Of a stretch of DNA of 64,000 nucleotides, positions 20,516-30,041 are shown piece after piece. Each line of letters opens with the position of its first letter. The stretch's first letter is position 1. The DNA is from a virus: the IMG/VR virus record IMGVR_UViG_3300030380_006185, positions 1 through 64,000 of that record; one strand, given 5' to 3'. The position numbers and the translations under genes were made by a program. The notes beneath the pieces are model-generated. The model had not been told where the DNA came from. It searched no databases and saw only the letters and a list, made by a program, of their open reading frames with translations.

Positions 20516-21046
20516 TTAATGAAATACTGTTTGTTTAATTTTTTCTATTCTTTCCTCAGTAGAGCCCGATATTTCTGTGTATTTGGGATGTTTACCCAAT
20601 CTATCTCCAATTATATTTTTAATTGATTTATCAATTTCTTTTCGATATTCTTTATCTATTGTTCTAACCCCATTATCTTCTAATTCTACACCTTTAGGAG
20701 AAACATAAAACAAATAATCATAATCATGAATTAAATTTTCAGCTAATGCTTGAAATTGTCTTCCCTCAGTCCATGAAATTGATTTAGCTGATTTAGTAAA
20801 TGCTATAACATCTACTACTGTTCTATCTGTTATAATATTTTCTTGTAATAATTCAGAAGTTCGTTCTGCTAAAAATATTAATTGACCCTTAATCGTAGAG
20901 TCAGTATTTAAAGGAATACCTAAATCCCTTAAATATTCACTACGCTCAGTAGCAAATTTATAACCTTTAAATTCAGGTAATTCTTTTAACGCATTAACTA
21001 ACGTTGTTTTACCTACACTCATTGTACCACAAAACCCTATTTTCAT
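20516..21046 (-). CDS. P-loop kinase, NadR/AAA_28-like
   Basis: GTMSVGKTT, ITDRTVVD, YDYLFY, EDNGVR. Confidence 0.8.
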   Translation of the reverse strand: MKIGFCGTMSVGKTTLVNALKELPEFKGYKFATERSEYLRDLGIPLNTDSTIKGQLIFLAERTSELLQENIITDRTVVDVIAFTKSAKSISWTEGRQFQALAENLIHDYDYLFYVSPKGVELEDNGVRTIDKEYRKEIDKSIKNIIGDRLGKHPKYTEISGSTEERIEKIKQTVFH

Positions 21047-21056
21047 ATTTTATAAT

Positions 21057-21341
21057 TTAACCGTTTAATCTTTCATTTCCAAGCATATATTTTAGCACAT
21101 TTGATGGTATGCCTAATTGAGTAAATTGTTCTAGTTTAGCTAAAGCTTGAGTTACATCATATGCTACAATAGGTACTTCTTGTATTTTACCATTTTCAAC
21201 ATATCTACACTCATATAGTAGATTATCTTTAATTTTAGAAGTACCAATTAATTTAATTTCTAATACTGCTGTTTTTCTTTCAATTTTCGATAATTCAACA
21301 GCTAACTCTTTATCTTCTTTTTTATATTTTTTTCTAATCAT
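21057..21341 (-). CDS. Hypothetical protein
   Basis: ORF fills the gap in a tightly packed operon. Confidence 0.6.
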   Translation of the reverse strand: MIRKKYKKEDKELAVELSKIERKTAVLEIKLIGTSKIKDNLLYECRYVENGKIQEVPIVAYDVTQALAKLEQFTQLGIPSNVLKYMLGNERLNG

Positions 21342-21345
21342 AACC

Positions 21346-22704
21346 TTAAAATTCTATATCTTTTAATTCAGGTGACTTTTCTTCCATTTTCCTTGCTTCC
21401 TTATCCATTAATATAGATTCAGCAACATAAGTACCCTGTGCTCCTGAAACTGTTATACCTCTTGCACTTAAAGCATCACCCACGAAATGTACGTTAGAAT
21501 AGTCATTTAGACTAAGATCTTGATAATCTACTAATGGTTCAGGTGACAAATATTTTACTTCAGGCATATAAATACCCCAATCATCCCCAAGTGTTGGGAA
21601 TACAATTTCCATTTCTGTAATAAAATCTTCTATATATTGTGCATATTCTTCTCCTAATGCCTCAAATAAAGGTTCCATACTACCTACTGTGATACATTTA
21701 ACAGAGTCACCTTCTGATGTTTTAGATGGGGTTCTATTGCTTGGTGAATAATATGTACCTACACCATCAATTTGTAATTTTTTAACTGCTTCTCTTGACC
21801 AATCAAATGGTTTATCTATACCTCTAATTTCCATTAGTATACCAAAATTAGTCATATCATTTCGATATGATTCATCTTTTTTAGCATGTCCATTATAACT
21901 TACATCGCCATAAGTATGTTCCGCAGCAACATAAGCGGCGTTATTGTTTGTACAGAATGAACGTAGTGATACACCTTTATCTTCAAACTTTTTATATAAT
22001 TTAAAATCATAACTAATATCTATTAATTTTTGGAAATGTTTTTGTGGTGCTTCAAATCGAACACCTATTTGTACTGCTTTAGGTTCAGTTGCTAATTCAT
22101 ATTTTTCAGCTAATTTTTTACCAAAATCAATTCCTGATTTACCTACACCAAAAATTAAATGATCATATTCTATTTCACCTGCAAAATCATGATTTGCTAA
22201 TGATACTTCTTGTTTATCAAAGTTAATGTCATAAACTTTATGTTCCCAAATAAATTTAATGCCCTTTTCAACTAAGTAATTATACCAATTTTTACCTATT
22301 TCATGTAAATAATCAGTTCCAACATGCCATACAGGAAATAGTTTTAAACCAAAATATGGTTTAATAAAATCTGGTTCTGATTGAGGATCAGAACATTGTA
22401 CTTCCTCTGGTTTAGGGTGAAATCGTTTAAAATTAGCTATAACTTGATCAAACAATTCCATTGCTTTATCTTTACCACAATATTTTGATAATTGACCTCC
22501 TACTTCAGTATGGTAAGTTAATTTACCATCACTCCAACCACCTGCACCTAACATTCCTGTCATTACTTCCTCAGGTAATCTGTTATATGGGTCTTTACCC
22601 ATATCAATTATAGTGATTCTATCACCAGGATATCCATTATCTACTAATTTAGTTGCAGCATTAATACCTGCTACACCTGCTCCTACAATTACTATTTTAT
22701 CCAT
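21346..22704 (-). CDS. FAD/NAD(P)-dependent oxidoreductase (COG2509-like)
   Basis: IVIVGAGVAG, GAGGWSDGKL, IGVRFE, RSFC, NGHA, PEVKY, FVGD. Confidence 0.88.
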   Translation of the reverse strand: MDKIVIVGAGVAGINAATKLVDNGYPGDRITIIDMGKDPYNRLPEEVMTGMLGAGGWSDGKLTYHTEVGGQLSKYCGKDKAMELFDQVIANFKRFHPKPEEVQCSDPQSEPDFIKPYFGLKLFPVWHVGTDYLHEIGKNWYNYLVEKGIKFIWEHKVYDINFDKQEVSLANHDFAGEIEYDHLIFGVGKSGIDFGKKLAEKYELATEPKAVQIGVRFEAPQKHFQKLIDISYDFKLYKKFEDKGVSLRSFCTNNNAAYVAAEHTYGDVSYNGHAKKDESYRNDMTNFGILMEIRGIDKPFDWSREAVKKLQIDGVGTYYSPSNRTPSKTSEGDSVKCITVGSMEPLFEALGEEYAQYIEDFITEMEIVFPTLGDDWGIYMPEVKYLSPEPLVDYQDLSLNDYSNVHFVGDALSARGITVSGAQGTYVAESILMDKEARKMEEKSPELKDIEF

Positions 22705-22715
22705 TTATAAATTTT

Positions 22716-22753
22716 AATACGTTAATATAATAAAAAAAGTGACCTAATCCAAA
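22716..22753 (-). promoter_or_regulatory. Host-type (Bacteroidota sigma-A-like) promoter
   Basis: TTTG-N20-TATATTAA; same spacing at 56046-56083; looser copies at 35628-35660 and 54414-54445. Confidence 0.5.
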
Positions 22754-22764
22754 GATTAGGCCAC
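22732..22764 (-). terminator. Intrinsic terminator
   Basis: GTGGCCTAATC-TTTG-GATTAGGTCAC followed by T7. Confidence 0.85.
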
Positions 22765-22819
22765 AGCTCTAAAAGTTTTTTTATGTTTAAATTCGACTGG
22801 CTATGAATCAGTCTATATA

Positions 22820-23590
22820 TTAGTCTAGATTAGGTTTTCTACCTTTTTCTTTATCCATGTCAATCATTGCTTTAATAGCAGCAGTGTTTGATGGTGAACC
22901 ATAATCTGGTCTTTTAATATCTTTCATATATTCCATTACTTTAAGGTTAAGTTTTTGGGCAGTTTCATCATCTAAAAGATTTAATGCTTTAGCTAAAGCT
23001 AATCTAGGATTTGTCATTTCGTCACTATCAAATAACATACGTACAGTACCCCTAACTGCAGCAGTTCTTCCAGCTCCATATTCATTTAAATTATCTTCCT
23101 CTAAATTTTTCATTACATTCAGATTAGGAACTAATAAATCTCCGGATGAATAGAATTTTTTGCCTGCTTTAGTATATTTATCATCCATTGCTTTTTTAAC
23201 AGGTACTTTTAATGGGTGATATACTTGAAATTCTTTAGGTAATTCAGTTGTTGGACCATAATGATCTGTTTTATTTAATACTTGCTTAAGCATAGGAGGT
23301 ATGTCCATAATTAGCTTTTTAATAGCAATTTGATTAGTATATCCTTTAATTAAATTATTGTATAAAATAGCAGAAATAAATAAAGTATCATTACCAGGGT
23401 TATATACTATATGATCTCCAAATCGTTTTCTGATTTCTGTTGGGAATGGGAGGATGTTTGGGATAAATCTTCTACCATCTCCTTTAGCCATTGATGAGGG
23501 TGATACAGAAGGTATTTGATAACTTTCTTCAATATCTTCACTTAAGATGCGAATAATTTCTTCTTTAATAAGTTGTTTTAAATTTTTCAT
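22820..23590 (-). CDS. Putative internal head protein
   Basis: MKNLKQLIKEEIIRILSE leader; internal LEE/LNE sites. Confidence 0.55.
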   Translation of the reverse strand: MKNLKQLIKEEIIRILSEDIEESYQIPSVSPSSMAKGDGRRFIPNILPFPTEIRKRFGDHIVYNPGNDTLFISAILYNNLIKGYTNQIAIKKLIMDIPPMLKQVLNKTDHYGPTTELPKEFQVYHPLKVPVKKAMDDKYTKAGKKFYSSGDLLVPNLNVMKNLEEDNLNEYGAGRTAAVRGTVRMLFDSDEMTNPRLALAKALNLLDDETAQKLNLKVMEYMKDIKRPDYGSPSNTAAIKAMIDMDKEKGRKPNLD

Positions 23591-23847
23591 TTTTTATATA
23601 TCTTTAATTTAAGACTATTATCTCCTTTTATAACACGGTGCCAATGGTGTCTTGGTATAAATATAAGATTATTTAATGAAGTTGGCAATTCATTATCAAG
23701 TTGTATTTTCCAGTTTGTTTCTCCAAGAATTTCTAAAGTTCGATCTTCATCATCACGATGCCATAATAATTCTATTGGATCTATATTTTCAGAAAATTCA
23801 CGAATAATATAGGAATCTGTAACTTCTATATCAGTGTAAGGTTTCAA
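23587..23847 (-). CDS. Cupin-like small protein
   Basis: WHRD.EDR...FIP...WHRVIKG cupin motifs. Confidence 0.65.
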   Translation of the reverse strand: MKPYTDIEVTDSYIIREFSENIDPIELLWHRDDEDRTLEILGETNWKIQLDNELPTSLNNLIFIPRHHWHRVIKGDNSLKLKIYKK

Positions 23848-24284
23848 GACTTTTTTTTATATTGTGCTTTTTTAGTATTTTTTACAAATTGTTTACCCTT
23901 TTTACCTCCCCTAACTTTTTTAGCTACAGTAGATTTTCTTTCTGCTTTAGTTAAAGATTGTGCTTTAGCTTTGGGTAAACAACGAGTTGTAGCTTTACCT
24001 TTTTTCATTGTACCACAAGGACCAGTTATGTTACCTGAGGTGTTAATACGGACCCATTTTTCTTTTTTAAACCAGTCACGTAAAGATTCTTTAATTATTT
24101 CGTGGATTTGTTCTTCTTTTACACCTTTCCAAATTTTACCTTTTCTACATCTAACTACAGCGCCTGATTTATAAGCAGAAGGTTTATCAAATTTACGATC
24201 AGCAATACGTAAACATCTGTCTCGTTTTTTCTTTTTTTCAGTAAGAACTTCTTTAATTATTTTTTCTAATCTACCCATTACCAA
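23844..24284 (-). CDS. Basic protein (DUF5872-like), putative DNA-binding head protein
   Basis: PSAYKSG, LRDWFKKEKW, RCLP.AKA..L motifs; LEKIIKE leader. Confidence 0.6.
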   Translation of the reverse strand: MVMGRLEKIIKEVLTEKKKKRDRCLRIADRKFDKPSAYKSGAVVRCRKGKIWKGVKEEQIHEIIKESLRDWFKKEKWVRINTSGNITGPCGTMKKGKATTRCLPKAKAQSLTKAERKSTVAKKVRGGKKGKQFVKNTKKAQYKKKS

Positions 24285-25453
24285 AATCCACTAAAGGATG
24301 ATTTTAAACCTAACAATTTAGCATAGCGAGGTAGTCTACAAGACCAGTATGATGCTTTTGTTCTATCTTTCTTTTCAGAACATCTATGACGTTTTGCAAA
24401 TGCTCGTCTTGCTTTAGGGTTATTAATTTTTGCTTTTAATCCACCAGAACCAAATGTAACTTTTTTAATACGTTTTGTTTTAGGATCTCTAACATAAACA
24501 TAATATGCCTTAGGACCACCACGTTTTGGTTTTCCTATAGGGGGATTTTTTTTCTTTTTCTTTTTCTTAGCTTCTTGAAGAGTAAAATTTGATATTGATC
24601 TATACCACTTTACTAACTCGTCATAATTCATATCAAATGCTGGGTAGTTAGGATCATTTTCAAATTTATCTAATTCTTTAGGGAATCTTTCTAACATTTT
24701 TCTAATAGCATCCATTCTGTTATTAGTAGCTTTTATAGTTTTACTAGCGTTAAATAAGTTGTCTTTAGGTAATTTCCAATCCCTATCCCATGTTCTTCTA
24801 TCTATACCATAACTAGCAGGTCCAGTGTATATGTTATTATCATCTTCCCAATCATCTTCCCAATCCAAATCTTCTGATTCAGCAAGTTGAATATCATCTA
24901 CTTTTAGAGGCTCTTCACCAACTATATATCGCACATCATTAAAAAGTGTGTCACGTATTATATCATCAATAATATATATTTTATTTGGGTCTAAGTTTTT
25001 AAAACTAGACTTATCACCAACAAACTTTACTTTATCACCTATATTAAAAGACTCATTAACTATATTTTCCATAGGTAAACCTAAAGGTACTTTTTTACCT
25101 TCATACATTCCATAGTTACCTAAGTCAGTTTCTTCTAAAATTTCTTTATCATCATCATTTACATGAATAATTTCACGTAAATATAAATAACGTGCTTCTT
25201 GCCATAAATTAAGGAAAGATTCGGAACCATAACGGAATGTGTTTTCGGTTAGTGGTAATTTATTTTGCACGTGATATTGCAGATTTTCCGATAGTATTTG
25301 TTTAGGAGCTTTATTTTCATTTAGTAACACACCTTCATTACCTACATTATCACAAGTATTGCAACCGCAGTTACAATCTTTCTTTTTTGGTTGAGTAGAT
25401 AATACTTCTTTTATTAAATTTGTTAAACGTGTCATATTAAAATAATTTATCAA
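24278..25453 (-). CDS. Modular putative head protein with basic C-terminal domain (likely start 25435)
   Basis: MTRLTNLIKE leader; modules bounded by L-x-E; KKVTFG...RRAFAKRHRC...ASYWSC C-terminus. Confidence 0.6.
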   Translation of the reverse strand: MINYFNMTRLTNLIKEVLSTQPKKKDCNCGCNTCDNVGNEGVLLNENKAPKQILSENLQYHVQNKLPLTENTFRYGSESFLNLWQEARYLYLREIIHVNDDDKEILEETDLGNYGMYEGKKVPLGLPMENIVNESFNIGDKVKFVGDKSSFKNLDPNKIYIIDDIIRDTLFNDVRYIVGEEPLKVDDIQLAESEDLDWEDDWEDDNNIYTGPASYGIDRRTWDRDWKLPKDNLFNASKTIKATNNRMDAIRKMLERFPKELDKFENDPNYPAFDMNYDELVKWYRSISNFTLQEAKKKKKKKNPPIGKPKRGGPKAYYVYVRDPKTKRIKKVTFGSGGLKAKINNPKARRAFAKRHRCSEKKDRTKASYWSCRLPRYAKLLGLKSSFSGFW

Positions 25454-26420
25454 AATTTAAAGCTAAGGCACTTTGAGCGGATTTAAAATTACTTAAAAAA
25501 TTATCATCTGTTTTTAATTTTTCTAAATCAACAGCAAAAAATCTAACATCACCATCTTCTTTTAGACTAGCTAAAAAACCACCAGTTCCAGGTTTTCTTT
25601 TAAGTTTAGCAGTAACTAATTCATGTGCCATATTCCTAGCTCCTTCTTCAGCAGTACTAAAATTTCCTAATTTATCAACTAAAGAATCTATATTATTTTT
25701 AATAGTAGCAAATAAAGGATATGTTTTTGCTAAATCACCTAATTCTAAATTTTTTAATTTTACTACATTTTCCATAGCTGGGATTAAATCTGTGCCTTTA
25801 AAATTTGTTGGGTTAATGGTTTTTATTACTTCATCTTTTCCTAGTACTTTAACTAAGTTATTAAGTCCAAAAATCATTCCTAGTAAACGTAAGTTTTCTT
25901 TATCAGCTCCATATCTACCTAAATTTAATAATCCAGTATGTTTATCATAAGCTTTAACCTCTACTCCTACTCCATTAAACTTTAAATCAGGGTCATCTCC
26001 TTCTCTTCCCATAGTAACATCAACCCCACTATTAGAGTAATTATATAACCAATAAAGAGAAATTTCCCCATTTCCTACTCCTAAAGAACCAGCAGTTCCT
26101 ACTTCTTTACCTACTTTAGGTGGTTTTACACTCCATAATTTTTTCCATATATCTAAGTCATCAGATTTAACTTGGATATCAAATGTTGAACTACCTCCAA
26201 ATTTATATCTATTTTTAGATTGAGGAATAGTATCTATGTTTAAAGCATTTAAAATAACCTTATCATATTGTTCGTTTCCTTCTTTTAATAAAGATTTTTC
26301 TTCTGTTACTTCATGGATCATTTTAAACAGCATATCTTTATCCTTAGGATCATTCATGTCAGGATATCCTTTAGGAAATTTATAAGCTATACCATGTAAA
26401 AATTTATCTAAAACGTCCAT
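25437..26420 (-). CDS. PD-(D/E)xK restriction-like nuclease fold behind an N-terminal propeptide
   Basis: GVGNGEISL...PDL...GVEVK; leader YKFPKGYPDMNDPKD...LLKE. Confidence 0.55.
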   Translation of the reverse strand: MDVLDKFLHGIAYKFPKGYPDMNDPKDKDMLFKMIHEVTEEKSLLKEGNEQYDKVILNALNIDTIPQSKNRYKFGGSSTFDIQVKSDDLDIWKKLWSVKPPKVGKEVGTAGSLGVGNGEISLYWLYNYSNSGVDVTMGREGDDPDLKFNGVGVEVKAYDKHTGLLNLGRYGADKENLRLLGMIFGLNNLVKVLGKDEVIKTINPTNFKGTDLIPAMENVVKLKNLELGDLAKTYPLFATIKNNIDSLVDKLGNFSTAEEGARNMAHELVTAKLKRKPGTGGFLASLKEDGDVRFFAVDLEKLKTDDNFLSNFKSAQSALALNFDKLF

Positions 26421-26893
26421 TATGTTTCTGGTTCTTCAGTTGGTGGTTCTTCAGTTGATGGTTCTTCAGTTGGTGGGGTTTCAGCTTCCATATCTCCTCC
26501 CATATCTCCACCTTCTTCTTCCTCTTCAGGTTTAACCCCATATCTTAAAATACGAGCTATTGCTTCTGCAGCATGTTGTTCTTCTGGGAGGTTTAACAAG
26601 TAGTATTTTTTACCTTCAATTTGGGCTATAAAACTTCTTTTACCATAAATTAAGTAAAATAGTTGATCATTTTTTAAATTAATTCTAAATGTAGAAGGAC
26701 GTGGTGCAACCCAATCAATTGAAGCTACAAAATTATCATATTCAGGTGTTAAAAGATCTACAATAACAGCTTTTAACTCAGGAAACTTAGTTAGTTCATC
26801 ATACTGAACAGCTTCCTCAGGTGTAATAGTTCTATTAGAATACACCTGTTTAATTAAAATTTTTAGTTTACCTTGTAGTTCTTCTCTAGTCAT
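26420..26893 (-). CDS. Hypothetical protein with acidic Pro/Thr tail
   Basis: Continuous ORF; (TEEPP)n-like C-terminus. Confidence 0.6.
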   Translation of the reverse strand: MTREELQGKLKILIKQVYSNRTITPEEAVQYDELTKFPELKAVIVDLLTPEYDNFVASIDWVAPRPSTFRINLKNDQLFYLIYGKRSFIAQIEGKKYYLLNLPEEQHAAEAIARILRYGVKPEEEEEGGDMGGDMEAETPPTEEPSTEEPPTEEPET

Positions 26894-26895
26894 TT

Positions 26896-27864
26896 TTATT
26901 TAGTAGTGTATTTTTGAAATGATTGTTGATCTGTGGCTATATCGATGGGGGATTTATCTGTTAATACAGATGCAAGATAATCTATACTTGTGTCTAATTG
27001 TTCTACATCTTCTTCAGTATCTTCTTGACTATTATCTACATCCTTAATTCCGTTAAGAATATCAAGTAAAATAGGTTCTAATCTTTTTACAGCTCTAGTA
27101 GTATCTGGGTCTTCGTGTAATTTTTGTAAAAAAGTTTCAGCTAATTTTTTACGTAAAGATTCATCAATTACTCCTTCCTCACTTGCAACATCTACCATTG
27201 CATCAATTTGAGGTTCTTTCATTTCAAAATCAAGATAATGTTTAGCAGAAACAATCATATCTTTTGATTTAGATATTTTTGATTGCCACCAATGTGGAAA
27301 ATCTACTTCATTATCCATTTTATCAAACTTATCAAGCATTTTATAAAGCTCCATAGCATATTTTCCAATACGATATACATCAGCTTTTAACATACCTGGT
27401 TCATCATCTTGATGTCCTAAATCAATATCTTCTGATATGGGTTCGTCTGCAATAAGTTCTTCATCTGTTTCAAATTCCTTCATCATCGATTTTTCAATAG
27501 CAGCTCCACGCTTTTTTTCATAATCAGAAAGCTTACCATCTTTATTTAAATCTGCTTTTTTAGGATTTTTTAAAGCATCTTTAACCATTTCTTTAAGTTT
27601 AAGTAATGAAGGACCAGCGGGTGTGTTTCCTATTTTTCCGTCTACACCATATCCACAAGTGCCTTCTTCTATTTCTTTTTCCATAGATTTTTTTTCTGCT
27701 TGTTTTTTAACTTGTTTAACAGCTTTAGCGTATGCTACTTTTTCAGCTTCAGAGCCATATCTTTTAACCAATTTGTCTCTCCGAGTTCCAATTATAGACA
27801 AAAAATTGTCATATATCTTTTTGGATTCCTCAGGAGAGAACGCTTCATTGGTTAATTGCTTCAT
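26896..27864 (-). CDS. Modular putative head protein
   Basis: Multiple x-x-E boundaries; EF-hand-like DLNKDGKLSDYE; DFPHWWQSKI motif. Confidence 0.55.
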   Translation of the reverse strand: MKQLTNEAFSPEESKKIYDNFLSIIGTRRDKLVKRYGSEAEKVAYAKAVKQVKKQAEKKSMEKEIEEGTCGYGVDGKIGNTPAGPSLLKLKEMVKDALKNPKKADLNKDGKLSDYEKKRGAAIEKSMMKEFETDEELIADEPISEDIDLGHQDDEPGMLKADVYRIGKYAMELYKMLDKFDKMDNEVDFPHWWQSKISKSKDMIVSAKHYLDFEMKEPQIDAMVDVASEEGVIDESLRKKLAETFLQKLHEDPDTTRAVKRLEPILLDILNGIKDVDNSQEDTEEDVEQLDTSIDYLASVLTDKSPIDIATDQQSFQKYTTK

Positions 27865-27865
27865 A

Positions 27866-28036
27866 TTAAGCTTTATCTTCAGCAGTTGAAGTTCTTTTAA
27901 ACTCAGCTGCTAATTTTTTAATTTCATTAGCTGCTCTACGTGCACGTGTACGAGAGACTTTTGTTGTTTTTTCGTTTTCAGCTTCTAAAGTTACTACTTG
28001 TTCTTTAATAGCTTCAATAATTTCATTTAAGTTCAT
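27866..28036 (-). CDS. Histone H1-like (Hc1 family, Bacteroidota type) protein, 56 aa; not in ORF track
   Basis: MNLNEIIEAIKEQVVTLEAENEKTTKVSRTRARRAANEIKKLAAEFKRTSTAEDKA. Confidence 0.75.
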   Translation of the reverse strand: MNLNEIIEAIKEQVVTLEAENEKTTKVSRTRARRAANEIKKLAAEFKRTSTAEDKA

Positions 28037-28064
28037 AATTTTTATTTTATATAGATTTTATTAT

Positions 28065-28793
28065 TTATTCTTCTCCTCCAATGTACTCACCTACAAAGAA
28101 TTTTAAGGTGTTTCCTATTTGAGTAGTAAGTTTTTCGTTGTCCATTCCTTTGGATACTTTTAGAGCTGATATTAAGTGGTCCATAAGATCACCTTCATCA
28201 CCTTTCATATCAGCGGCTATATCTTCTAATCCACCTCCAGTTTCAGATTCTTCTTCAGTTTCTTCTTCTTCAGTTTCTTCCTCTTCAGGTGCTTCCTCTG
28301 TGTCTTCGGATTCATCAGTTTCTATTTCATCTTCTTCAGCTTCGTCTAAAGATTCTTCAAATGGTATACTACTAAGATAAGCTGCTATTTCAGCTTCTTC
28401 TTCTGCTTGTCTTTTTTGCTCTTCATAATCTATTTCTTCCTCTTCATCTTCAGGATCCATCATTTCTTCTAGCTCAATATCAGTTTGGTGTGAATGTTGA
28501 TAGTAAGATTTTTCATCATCATCATAATCACCATACATTTCTTCCTCACTTGTTCCTTCATAATCAAGTTCAGGATCCATTTCTTCACTTAATTCGTTAA
28601 TAATCATTTCACGAATTTTTTTACGTAAAGAAGTTTTCTTATCATCAGCCATATCTTTTTCTAAAGCATCAATGTGTTCAGCATCATCTGCTTCAGCATC
28701 TTTTTCATATTGGTTTTCCTTTAAATAAGGATTGGAATTTTCAATAGATTTATTTTCTACTAAAAACTTTTTTAAATCAAAGTTATCTTTCAT
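28065..28793 (-). CDS. Highly acidic putative prohead/internal protein
   Basis: MKDNFDLKKFLVENK leader; E/D-rich; late-promoter motif upstream. Confidence 0.6.
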   Translation of the reverse strand: MKDNFDLKKFLVENKSIENSNPYLKENQYEKDAEADDAEHIDALEKDMADDKKTSLRKKIREMIINELSEEMDPELDYEGTSEEEMYGDYDDDEKSYYQHSHQTDIELEEMMDPEDEEEEIDYEEQKRQAEEEAEIAAYLSSIPFEESLDEAEEDEIETDESEDTEEAPEEEETEEEETEEESETGGGLEDIAADMKGDEGDLMDHLISALKVSKGMDNEKLTTQIGNTLKFFVGEYIGGEE

Positions 28794-28808
28794 TTTATTT
28801 TAATTTAT

Positions 28809-28816
28809 TATAAATA
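28809..28816 (-). promoter_or_regulatory. Late promoter motif TATTTATA
   Basis: Upstream of ATG 28793. Confidence 0.7.
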
Positions 28817-28846
28817 TATGAGATTAGCGCAATACGCACTATTATA

Positions 28847-29467
28847 TTAAGATTTTTGTTTATATAAATAATTAGATAAAAGTGTTCCTATAATACCCTC
28901 TTTTTGTCTAATAATAATCCAATCATCTTTAACTAAGTTATGTTCATTAATAAATGAAATACCCATTACTCCAATTAAATGACCATCTAAACTTCTTAAT
29001 CCAACCATACAAATAGATTTTGTTTTAAACTGGTTGGTTAGAGCAGATATACCAAATGAATTTTCTTCTGTTTCTACATTAAGTATTTCTAATTCTCCAT
29101 CTTTGTATACTTTAGATAATACTTTAGGGAATAAAGATACAGGTATATTTTGGAAAATAGATTGAAGGTGTGGGATTGAAGGATTACATTTTTCATAAAA
29201 TATAGAAAACTTTTGAATTGATTTTCCTGTTGGGTAAAAATGTCCACCATTGTGAAATTGAGCTACCCATACTCTATCACAACCTAACTCTTCCATAATT
29301 TCTGTAAGTTGGTCATCTATTAAAGAGCTAGATTCAAGTGCTTCTCCCATTGGGGTTTCTTTCTTTTTTCGTTCTAATTTAGCTTTAACCCAAGTTACAG
29401 CTACTGGGCCTAGTACTGCTGTTATTAATGCGACTAGGATTGTTGTGATCATAGTGAGGTTTTCCAT
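28847..29467 (-). CDS. Putative T4 T-type holin (single TM plus GAF-like domain)
   Basis: N-terminal TM; ELGCDRVWVAQFHNG...LIGVMGISF resembles a GAF fold. Confidence 0.55.
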   Translation of the reverse strand: MENLTMITTILVALITAVLGPVAVTWVKAKLERKKKETPMGEALESSSLIDDQLTEIMEELGCDRVWVAQFHNGGHFYPTGKSIQKFSIFYEKCNPSIPHLQSIFQNIPVSLFPKVLSKVYKDGELEILNVETEENSFGISALTNQFKTKSICMVGLRSLDGHLIGVMGISFINEHNLVKDDWIIIRQKEGIIGTLLSNYLYKQKS

Positions 29468-29468
29468 T

Positions 29469-30041
29469 TTATTTCTTAAGATTTTTTAAATAATTAATTC
29501 CTTCTTCCATAGCTGTATTGGCACGGTTTTTGTCAATTCCACCAACCCATTTTTGTATATCACCCGCCTCTGTAATATAATTATTATTACTTTCAGAAAG
29601 CATATCTTCCATAAAACTTTTATATTCTTCAATATTAATATCTATTTCTTTATTAAACGTAGTATTAATATACTCTTCCCATTTACCTTCATTCTTTAAC
29701 TTTGTTTCAGTAGTTGCTCTACAGTCAACACATTCTCCATAAGCTTTATAGTAATGTGGGTCTAACTGTTTATCCATAACTTGTTTACAGTTTGGACAAA
29801 ATATTGGAACAGCAACGTTTTTAAATTTATCTAATTTTGTTATATTTTCTTTTATACCATCTCGAATAGTCCATGTTTTACCATCTTCTTCCCAAACATC
29901 ACCTTCTTTATGTGAAATTGATTCTTCACCATTATAACCTATACCAGTTGTAGTTTTATTACCTGTCTTACCTTTTACTAAATTTCTAAGGCGTTCTACA
30001 TCTCGTTTTTGGAATTGTTTTTTTAATACTGAATCTGACAT
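29469..30041 (-). CDS. Zn-ribbon hypothetical protein
   Basis: CPNC...CVDC. Confidence 0.65.
   Translation of the reverse strand: MSDSVLKKQFQKRDVERLRNLVKGKTGNKTTTGIGYNGEESISHKEGDVWEEDGKTWTIRDGIKENITKLDKFKNVAVPIFCPNCKQVMDKQLDPHYYKAYGECVDCRATTETKLKNEGKWEEYINTTFNKEIDINIEEYKSFMEDMLSESNNNYITEAGDIQKWVGGIDKNRANTAMEEGINYLKNLKK

Noticed and set aside
22760-22815. Assignment as preQ1-I, SAM-II or HDV-like/theta ribozyme
   Set aside because: Only superficial similarity (UUC..UAGC loop, A-rich tail); linker lengths and the P3/catalytic elements do not fit
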